From Syntrophales bacterium (lineage in GTDB: Bacteria > Desulfobacterota > Syntrophia > Syntrophales > PHBD01): 64,000 nt of DNA. The notes below the pieces were generated by a model. It had not been told where the DNA came from and ran no database searches. It worked only from the letters and a program-made list of their open reading frames with translations. The stretch spans positions 1,856,001 through 1,920,000 of the forward strand of contig OY764159.1 in NCBI GenBank assembly GCA_963668175.1, given 5' to 3'. This document shows, piece after piece, positions 56,838 to 64,000 of this stretch (the stretch's first letter is position 1; the number at the start of each line of letters is the position of its first letter). The position numbers and the translations under genes are program-made.

Positions 56838-57443
56838 TCAGCAGGGCGCGGAAAATACTTGTTTCAGTTCGATAATCTCCCCTCGATGCGACGACGCATG
56901 GGCGATCAGTGCCTCCGTCTCCCGGCGTTCCCGCTCCGACATCGCGCCGCCGCCCAGCTTCTTTCCGTAATAGCCGTTGGCGACGACGGTTTCGGCCGTT
57001 TTCGTCATCTCCAGGAACTTTTCCGCCGTTCCGGCCTGGAGATAGAGGGTGAGGTCGTTGATGAAGAGGATGTCCCTGCCGGATGCGGAGAAGGCCGCAA
57101 AGAGGGCCTCGATCTTTCCTCTGTTCTCCCCGGCCTTGGCGACGGCCTCCTCTTCGCTTTTCGAACTCAACCGGGGCGGCGGGAGAATCGTTCCCAGGTA
57201 AGTCACGCCCCGGACGGGCGGAATCAGGTGGCCGCCCGCGCCCCGCAGCGCCTTTTTCAGGGCGAGGCCGGCGGGGATTTCCGGCGCCAGGTCGACGACG
57301 GCGATCCTCGGCGCCAGCCCCCCCGCGCACATGGCGGCGAGGAACCGGGCCGTGAGGGTCGTCTTGCCCGTGTTCACGTCGCCCACGATGAGCGTCCACT
57401 TCCCGAGGCATTCCTCCCAGTCGATGCGGTGATACGGCGTCAT
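56838..57443 (-). CDS. Small P-loop NTPase of unknown function
   Basis: TLIVGDVNTGKT, VVDLAP, LFINDLTLYLQAG and VVANGYYG; ATGA overlap with the MFS stop codon. Confidence 0.72.
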   Translation of the reverse strand: MTPYHRIDWEECLGKWTLIVGDVNTGKTTLTARFLAAMCAGGLAPRIAVVDLAPEIPAGLALKKALRGAGGHLIPPVRGVTYLGTILPPPRLSSKSEEEAVAKAGENRGKIEALFAAFSASGRDILFINDLTLYLQAGTAEKFLEMTKTAETVVANGYYGKKLGGGAMSERERRETEALIAHASSHRGEIIELKQVFSAPC

Positions 57444-58678
57444 GACTTTTCCGCCTTCAGCGTTTCCGGCATAAAGAGGAGCAGGACGGCGCCGAGGATG
57501 TAGACGACGCAGGTCACGGCCAGGCCGATCTGGAGCCCGTAGACTTTGCCCAGGTAGCCGATGGTGTACGGTGCGGCCACCGCGCCCAGCCGGCCCATGT
57601 TCCAGCAGAACCCCCCGGCGTAGGCCCGAAGCTCTTCCGGGAAAAGCTCCGCGAAATAGGCCCCGAGGACGCCGCCGACGCCGCAGAGTCCGAAACCGAC
57701 GACGATGCCCCACCAGAAGAGAAAGACGGGATTGCGGACGACGATGTAAAGGGCGACCGCCGCGGCCACGCCGATGAAGGCGGCGATCATGGAGCGCCTC
57801 CGGCCCGCCCGGTCGGCAACCGCCCCGAAGAACTGGAACCCCAGGAACATGCCGATGTACATGACAAGGGAAAAATTGGCCATTGTCGTGAGATCGAGTC
57901 CCCGCTCCCGCGTCAGGAAGGTCGGTATCCAGTAGGCCGCGCCCCAGTATCCCGCGAGATTGACGATGCTGACAAGAGACGCCAGGAGCGTTGTTCCGGC
58001 AAGGCCGTCCTTGAAAATAGCGCCAATGCCGATTCTCCTTCTGTCTCCTGCCTGTTCCGATGCATTGCTCTCTTTCGCCGCGGCGGTTTTTCGGGATTTG
58101 TCCGGGGGTATCAACCGGGCAACGGGGAAGGTGAAAACGATGGCGACAGCCCCCACCAGGAAGATGACCCGCCAGTCCATGTGGAGAACGAGCCTGCCGA
58201 CGAAGGCTGCGAGTACCGCGCCTACGGCGAAGCTGCTCAGCATGAAGGATGCCGCCCGTCCCCGGTAGCGGGGCGCCCAATGCTCCGCGATCAGGGCCGC
58301 GCAGGGGCCCCAGATGCCGCCGAGGGCGAGGCCGGTTACAAACCGGAGGACCATCCATTCGCCCCATGTGGAGACGACATAGACAAGGGCCATGCCGATG
58401 CTGATCCAGACGACGGCCACCAGCAGGGCGAGACGCCGCCCGTAATTTTCGGCGAGCAGTCCGAAGGCGATGCTGCCGAGTAACGCGCCGAACATCGTGG
58501 CGGAGCCCAGAAGCCCCCCTTCCGGCAGCGAGATGTTCAGGACCTTGAGCAATACCGGCATGGCGATCGCCAGGACGATGAGATCGTAGCTGTCGATCAT
58601 GTAGGTGATGAAAGTCGCCCAAAGGACCTTCCATCGGTGTGCGCTTCCTCCGGCCGCTTGTGTTCCCTGGTTGTTCAT
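57440..58678 (-). CDS. MFS transporter (aromatic acid/sialate:H+ symporter-like)
   Basis: DSYD, GLLAENYGRR, GLALGG.W, ADRAGRR, ELFP..LR and MPET; start ATG 58678. Confidence 0.9.
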   Translation of the reverse strand: MNNQGTQAAGGSAHRWKVLWATFITYMIDSYDLIVLAIAMPVLLKVLNISLPEGGLLGSATMFGALLGSIAFGLLAENYGRRLALLVAVVWISIGMALVYVVSTWGEWMVLRFVTGLALGGIWGPCAALIAEHWAPRYRGRAASFMLSSFAVGAVLAAFVGRLVLHMDWRVIFLVGAVAIVFTFPVARLIPPDKSRKTAAAKESNASEQAGDRRRIGIGAIFKDGLAGTTLLASLVSIVNLAGYWGAAYWIPTFLTRERGLDLTTMANFSLVMYIGMFLGFQFFGAVADRAGRRRSMIAAFIGVAAAVALYIVVRNPVFLFWWGIVVGFGLCGVGGVLGAYFAELFPEELRAYAGGFCWNMGRLGAVAAPYTIGYLGKVYGLQIGLAVTCVVYILGAVLLLFMPETLKAEKS

Positions 58679-58790
58679 TATTGAGTCCCTTTCATGCTGT
58701 CGTATCATTCCGTCCGCAGGCCCCTTGCGGGGGGCTGCAGCCTTCTCCACTAAATCCAGCACGGATTCGGCCGTCTTGTCAAGGCGAACG

Positions 58791-60044
58791 TTACCGGGGG
58801 AACGGGTCGATCCCCCGAAGGCCGCGGCCGACGCAACCCGCCAGACCCGCGAGGGTGCAGGCGGCCGAAACAAGCCACATGGCGCTGAAGTCCCAGTATT
58901 GGCAGATCAGTCCCAACAGAATGGAACCGACGGTGACTCCGGCGTCGAACCCCGTGAAGTATGTGCTCGTGGCGATGCCGCGCCGCTCCGGCCGCACCCG
59001 GTCGATGAGGAGCGCCATGGACGCCGGTTGCGCCGCGCCGAATCCGATGCCGAAGAGAAAGGCGGAAACGACGAAGAGCGGGACATCGTGCGCCCAGGGC
59101 AGAACGGCCAGGGCCGCGGCCATGACGGCGATGCCGGGAACGATGGCGACGCCTCGGCCGTACCGGTCCGCCAGTCGGCCGGTGAAGGCCCTGGAAACGA
59201 GCAACGCCCCGGCCTGAATCATGAAGAAGAATCCCGGGTTGGCGATGCCCTGTCCCTGGGCGAAGATGGAGATAAAGGCGTTTACCGTGCCGAAGCCGGT
59301 GCCCATGCAGAGGGCCATCCAGGCCGCGGGCAGGGCGTCGACGGCCACGATACCCGTCCGGAATGTCCAGGCGCGGCGTTCCGTCCCGCCCGGCCGCTGC
59401 TTCTCCCTGGCCGGAATGGAGACGGCGAAGGCGGCGAAGGCGAGCGCGGCCGAGAAATAGAACAGGTGTGCGAATCCGGTTTTGGCGATGAGAACGAAGC
59501 CGATGACGGGCCCGACGATGAGGCCGAGGGCCTGGGCGGCGGAGAAGATGCCCACGGCCTCGGCGCGGCGCTTGACCGGCGCGATGTCCGCCACGTAGGC
59601 GTTGGCTGCCGTCGTGTAGCAGCATAGGCCGAAGCCGTTCACGATGCGTCCCAAAAGCAGGACGGGGATGGAGGCGGCGAGCAGGTAGACGATAGCGGCG
59701 AACCCGTAGCAGGACGTACCGACGAGGACGAGGGGGCGGCGGCGCCAGGCGTCCGTAAGCCAGCCCACGAAGGGGCGGAAAAGGAGGGCGGTGAAGGCGA
59801 GGGCGCCGCTCACGAGGCCGGCCTCGATGCGGCTTCCCCCCATGGCGATGACGTACACGGGCAGTGTGGCCACCAGCATCTGCATGCCGAAGGCGTTGAA
59901 AAAATTGGCCGCCGTCGTACACGCGAAATCGGAGGTCAGGAGGCGTTCCTCCGTGCGAACCGCCGCTGTCTCTTTACAATCGTCCACCGGGACGGCCCTT
60001 TCGGCGCATCGCCCGAACGGCTCTGTCGAATCCTTGATCTCCAT
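58791..60044 (-). CDS. MFS transporter
   Basis: 12-TM pattern; LTDAWRRR, ADIAP..RRAE and GRLADRYGR. Confidence 0.88.
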   Translation of the reverse strand: MEIKDSTEPFGRCAERAVPVDDCKETAAVRTEERLLTSDFACTTAANFFNAFGMQMLVATLPVYVIAMGGSRIEAGLVSGALAFTALLFRPFVGWLTDAWRRRPLVLVGTSCYGFAAIVYLLAASIPVLLLGRIVNGFGLCCYTTAANAYVADIAPVKRRAEAVGIFSAAQALGLIVGPVIGFVLIAKTGFAHLFYFSAALAFAAFAVSIPAREKQRPGGTERRAWTFRTGIVAVDALPAAWMALCMGTGFGTVNAFISIFAQGQGIANPGFFFMIQAGALLVSRAFTGRLADRYGRGVAIVPGIAVMAAALAVLPWAHDVPLFVVSAFLFGIGFGAAQPASMALLIDRVRPERRGIATSTYFTGFDAGVTVGSILLGLICQYWDFSAMWLVSAACTLAGLAGCVGRGLRGIDPFPR

Positions 60045-60270
60045 GACATTCCGGGCCGCCGGGCGGAAATCCGCGAGGGGCCGGCTGAAAAACGTCGCTT
60101 GCGCGCGGGCCGATGTATGGCAGGTCGGACGACGCTTGTCAACGTCAAATCCCGCTACAGGGAGGATATGACGCCATTTCAGGGGATTGGGCCTTGCGGC
60201 GCGAATGGAGACGCGTCTGTCGGCAGATTGCAGATAGGGCGTTGCGCCCGGGAAGCGGCGTCATCCGGCC

Positions 60271-60849
60271 TTACAGGGGTTTCCGGTAGAATCGTCTGGC
60301 CCGTTCGGTGACGCCCCTGATGAAATCGCTTTTGGCCTGGGTGTAGGCGATGCGGTCGCCCTGATGGGCTTCCGAGAGCGCCGTTTTGAGTCGGCCGTAT
60401 TCCTGTGCGGCGTCCGGATGGTCGATGAGATAGTCCCGGAACAGGAGCCTGTCCCAGTGTTCGAAATGGGCCTCGACCATGTGGATGTGGTGTGTCCTGT
60501 GCCCGTTGCCGTCCCGCTTGATGAACCAGGCGTGGAAGGGCGGCGTGTCGTCGCCCCATGTAGGCCGCCAGAAGTAATCGTACCCCTGGGCTTCGAGGAC
60601 CGGGACGATCTTCTCCCTGGTCTCGTCGAGGCTCGCGACCTCGACCAGCATGTCGACGATCGGCTTGGCCGCCAGGCCCGGGACGGCCGTGCTGCCGAAA
60701 TGCTCTATCCTCCTGACGAGGCCGGCGGGCAGGCAGGACTGCAGATGGAGCCGCTCCCGCTCGAATATGTCCGGCCAGCGGGGATCGTAAGGCACGACGA
60801 CGACGTCTTCTTTCAGGACGCGGGCGATTTTCTCTTCGAGGGTTTCCAT
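60271..60849 (-). CDS. GrpB/UPF0157 nucleotidyltransferase-like protein
   Basis: PYDPRW, IEHFGSTAVPGLAAKPIVD, HHIH, LLFRDYL and YTQAKSDFI. Confidence 0.92.
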   Translation of the reverse strand: METLEEKIARVLKEDVVVVPYDPRWPDIFERERLHLQSCLPAGLVRRIEHFGSTAVPGLAAKPIVDMLVEVASLDETREKIVPVLEAQGYDYFWRPTWGDDTPPFHAWFIKRDGNGHRTHHIHMVEAHFEHWDRLLFRDYLIDHPDAAQEYGRLKTALSEAHQGDRIAYTQAKSDFIRGVTERARRFYRKPL

Positions 60850-60923
60850 ATCGGCCGTTTCTTCGGATATTGTCGGCATCCGCCGTGCACGCATTTACTG
60901 CGGCGGACGCGAAAAACTCAGGA

Positions 60924-62423
60924 CTACATCGCACCTCCGGAGAAGTAGACGTTCTTGAACGCTTCGAGTCCCTCGCGGGACCCCGGCTCGGATTGGCTTC
61001 CGAAAGCCGCCGTCAGCTCCGCTTTCAGGGCGGCAAGTCCGCCGTCGATGAAATGCTCCCTTGCGGACGGGTTGCCCGTAAGGCCCGGCGGCGCGCCGGC
61101 CAGGAGATAATCGACCGCCTTTCGCGGCCTGTCCAGGACGGCCGCCAGGGCGGCGAGCCAATAGAGATAGACATTCCGGACATTCTGCGGACGGTTCTTC
61201 GCATCGGCGATCATCCGGTCGTAGATCCTGTCGAGAGAAAGGAGAATATGACGGTAGTTGTGGTAGCGCTTGTAGGCGAACCCCAGAAACTCTCGCCAGT
61301 TCCGGAAGGCCTCCGCCAGGTCGCCGGCGTGGAATATCTCCGCGAAGGCCTCGATGAAGGCGTCGGACTGGAACTGGAGGAAGAAGGCCGTCGGGGCGAT
61401 CAGCGAAAACGGATAACCGCTGCTCCGGTTGGCGCGGGGAAGGACAGGCTCCCATTTTTGGAGGTGGGCGAGGAGGTCCGCCGTGTTCTTCCGGACGTCG
61501 AATCGCGCGGCGGCGCGGTCCATGCCGTTTTCCTGCAGGCGTTCGACGGTGTCCGGTTCGTCCGCCTTCCTTCTCACGAGGTCCCTGATGAGCTGCTTCA
61601 CGCCCTCCCGGTCGCCCGGGGCCATCACGAAGCCGGAAACGCCGTCCTCGACGGAATAGGGGAGGCCGCCGACGCGGGAGACGATCGGGATCGTCCCGAC
61701 GGACATGGCTTCGACGGGGGCCAGCCCGAACGTATCGGTTTCCGACATGTGGAGGAGCATGTCGCTTTCCGCAACCAGCGAGGGGATGCAGTGATGTTCC
61801 ACGACGCCGTGGTAGACGACGCGGTCGTCCCCGCTGCTTCCGTTTCTACCCGCCAGATGGACCTCGATGGGCAGGCCTTCCGCGATAAGCTCCGGGCCTA
61901 TCTCTTCCAGGTCCGGGTCCATCGTCTTGGCGGCGGCGGCGACCTGGATGATCCGGACCCTGTCTTTCGCAGGCCGCGGGAGCGGCCGGAAGGCCTCGAA
62001 ATCGATGCCGTTGGGAATCAGGATGTCGTGTTCGCGCGGCTGCATTTCCCGGTAGATGTATTCCGATACGGCGATTGTGATATCGACGGAAGGCGTGAGG
62101 CCCGCCGTGGCATTGAAATGGAGGATTTCGCAGACGAGGGCTTTTCGGGTGAACCGCGACGCCTCCAGGCTGAAGGGCATGAAGACGCCGTTGGAGATCA
62201 GGACCGCGTCGAACGTGTCCATCACGGCCGCCAGGTCCTTCAGCCTGAAGGAGCCCGTACGGACAAGTTTCCGGCCGGCTTCGTCGCGCGTCTCGCCCGC
62301 TGCGGCCTCGACCAGGATATAGGTGACATCCTGTCCGAGTTCCTCAAGGCACCGCGCCGTGCTCTGCACGGAAACCGACGTGCCGATGATGCCCAGCGTA
62401 TCAGGGACGATGCCGATCTTCAC
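60924..62423 (-). CDS. Glycosyltransferase family 4 with a helical C-terminal extension
   Basis: IAVSEY, IPNGID, DTFGLAPVEAM and SRVGG...V.DGVSGF; GTG start with AAGGAAGG upstream. Confidence 0.85.
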   Translation of the reverse strand: MKIGIVPDTLGIIGTSVSVQSTARCLEELGQDVTYILVEAAAGETRDEAGRKLVRTGSFRLKDLAAVMDTFDAVLISNGVFMPFSLEASRFTRKALVCEILHFNATAGLTPSVDITIAVSEYIYREMQPREHDILIPNGIDFEAFRPLPRPAKDRVRIIQVAAAAKTMDPDLEEIGPELIAEGLPIEVHLAGRNGSSGDDRVVYHGVVEHHCIPSLVAESDMLLHMSETDTFGLAPVEAMSVGTIPIVSRVGGLPYSVEDGVSGFVMAPGDREGVKQLIRDLVRRKADEPDTVERLQENGMDRAAARFDVRKNTADLLAHLQKWEPVLPRANRSSGYPFSLIAPTAFFLQFQSDAFIEAFAEIFHAGDLAEAFRNWREFLGFAYKRYHNYRHILLSLDRIYDRMIADAKNRPQNVRNVYLYWLAALAAVLDRPRKAVDYLLAGAPPGLTGNPSAREHFIDGGLAALKAELTAAFGSQSEPGSREGLEAFKNVYFSGGAM

Positions 62424-62468
62424 ATGGACCTTCCTTTTGACGAATCAAGTTCGATATCTTCTATTGTA

Positions 62469-63617
62469 TCATCGTCGGCGCGTATCGGAAACCGTCAATC
62501 TTTCCCGTCCGCCGGGTAGAAATCCGAGCCAGGCGAGGTAGCCGAGCGTCAACGCCAGGGCGCATCCGGCGAGCGTCGCCACCAGCCGGTCCATGACGAC
62601 TGCGACTGACAGCGCCTGCCCGTAATCGAGCAGCAGGATGACGAGGGGCGTCATCACGGCGGCGTAGACGGTGTAATTCGCTTCCCGGAGCAGGGGCCGG
62701 AGCGCCGCGAGGACGGCGATCGTCGCGATCAGTCCCCATGCGGAGGGTGCGGCGAACATGAGCGCCCCGCACAGGAGAACGCCGCCGACGGTGCCGCCGG
62801 CGCGCTCCAGGGCGCGGGGCAGGGCTGCCGAAAGGTTGCGGTGCACGACGATGGCGACGGTAATCGCGATCCAGTAGCCGTGGCCGTAGGGCCACACGAG
62901 GACCAATGCCTCCGCGGCGGCCAGGCACAGGACGATGCGCAGTGTGTACTGCCAGCCGGAAAATTGGGCAAAGGAGCGGCGCCACCGCGCTATGAGCTGC
63001 TTCATGGTGTATCGCGGGGGTGCTGCTGCTGCCGGCGGATTCGCCGGGGAAGGCATGAACGCCTGGAAGATCGGCCGGAGGGAGAGGGAGAGAAACGCCG
63101 TCCAGGCGGCCCCGGCGAGAAAGACAAATGTCTTTGCCGCGGGATGGATCTCACCTGCTCCGAGATGGGCGGCGATGACGGTAAAGAGGATGAATTGCAC
63201 GGCGGCCCGTGCCAGGGGGCGGCTCAATCCGCCGAGAAGCCCGGCGGCCCCGGCGATCACCGGTACGGCCAGGGCGGCCGCAGGGCCCCGGCCCGCGAGC
63301 ATCGAGCCCGTCAGCATGGCCGTACTCGTCGCCGCCAGCGCATAGGCCAGGCCGGGAAACTGCGCGCGGAAGGTATCGCCTTCGCCGTCGCCGCTCAGGG
63401 CCAAGGCTCCGAGGGATGCAAGCACCCCGATCTGCCCGTGGCCCGTCGCCGCGCCCGCGGCCACCGGGACGGCCATACCGAGCATGGCCGCCGCCGCGTG
63501 GGACATGCGGGAAGCCTTGATCCCCGTAAAACCCTTCATGGACGATGCCCCGCCGAACATCGGCGGTGCCGGGGACGCTGTTTCCCCCGCTTTTTCGGTT
63601 TGCATGTCAGGTCCCAT
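62469..63617 (-). CDS. FUSC-like family membrane protein
   Basis: Multi-TM; YTLR, HGYWIAITVAIV, ERAGGT and DRLVATLAG. Confidence 0.85.
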   Translation of the reverse strand: MGPDMQTEKAGETASPAPPMFGGASSMKGFTGIKASRMSHAAAAMLGMAVPVAAGAATGHGQIGVLASLGALALSGDGEGDTFRAQFPGLAYALAATSTAMLTGSMLAGRGPAAALAVPVIAGAAGLLGGLSRPLARAAVQFILFTVIAAHLGAGEIHPAAKTFVFLAGAAWTAFLSLSLRPIFQAFMPSPANPPAAAAPPRYTMKQLIARWRRSFAQFSGWQYTLRIVLCLAAAEALVLVWPYGHGYWIAITVAIVVHRNLSAALPRALERAGGTVGGVLLCGALMFAAPSAWGLIATIAVLAALRPLLREANYTVYAAVMTPLVILLLDYGQALSVAVVMDRLVATLAGCALALTLGYLAWLGFLPGGRERLTVSDTRRR

Positions 63618-63682
63618 GGCTTGTCTTCAGAATGCCCTCGTCTTCCGCGAACCCCCTGCCGGCATGTCGAAATGATATGCGA

Positions 63683-64000
63683 TCAATGGAAGCCGTTTTC
63701 AAAGGCGACGAATGCCCGCTCCAGGGCTGCTTCCTCGCGGAGCTTCTCCGACTTGTCCATCAGGGCTTTCGCTGCGCCGCCGGGCTGCCACCCGGCCTCC
63801 CGGATGCGTGCAAACTCCGGCCGCAACGCCGCGTAATCGCCGCCGATATAGAGGCTTTCGCCGGGCAGGAAGGCGTATTCGATGCTGTTGCGGGCGATGT
63901 CCTTAAGCTGCGGATAGGGGATGTGGAAGGTCCGTACAGCCTTCACGAACTCCATGGTCAGGTTGCTGCGGTTGACCCCCTCGTCGTCGGTGTTGAGGGT
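63683..64000 (-). CDS. Adenosine/AMP deaminase family protein, C-terminal part, truncated by the window edge
   Basis: TLNTDDEGV..SNLT.EF and LKDIARNSIEYAFLPG. Confidence 0.8.
   Translation of the reverse strand, partial: TLNTDDEGVNRSNLTMEFVKAVRTFHIPYPQLKDIARNSIEYAFLPGESLYIGGDYAALRPEFARIREAGWQPGGAAKALMDKSEKLREEAALERAFVAFENGFH

Overview
GC-rich bacterial chromosomal window, probably from an anaerobic syntroph or Desulfobacterota-type organism (inferred from gene content only). It carries about 53 protein-coding genes and no rRNA, tRNA, CRISPR array, integrase or transposase. From left to right: (1) the end of a Na+-pumping glutaconyl-CoA decarboxylase operon with an SSS transporter; (2) a 1.1 kb structured non-coding island with a sigma54 promoter and a candidate sRNA; (3) a YiiX-like peptidase, a soluble MCP with inverted domain order, and leaderless nhaR divergent from htpX-terC, which has a structured leader; (4) a five-PAS hybrid kinase and a response regulator; (5) an FG-GAP protein and an 11-gene RDD/B-box/DUF4129/DUF4350/MoxR/DUF58/SpoIIM envelope operon, with three +1 homopolymer frameshifts clustered at 17.2-19.6 kb; (6) an AKR/FNR-TetR-VOC unit, a STAND-like ATPase-TPR protein, an arsS-peroxidase pair and a Tat flavoprotein; (7) a c-di-AMP riboswitch ahead of kup and a sigma54-driven PEP-CTERM gene; (8) a translationally coupled VanW / exported AMMECR1 / thioester alpha-2-macroglobulin operon followed by PrsW; (9) an orphan Rep-like wHTH-XRE gene behind an AT-rich palindrome; (10) miscellaneous transporters and enzymes. 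The best candidates for undescribed systems are the VanW-AMMECR1-A2M-PrsW operon, the Zn-finger/RDD-MoxR operon, the Rep-like/XRE locus and the two candidate RNAs. All family calls come from motif recognition by eye; no database searches were run.
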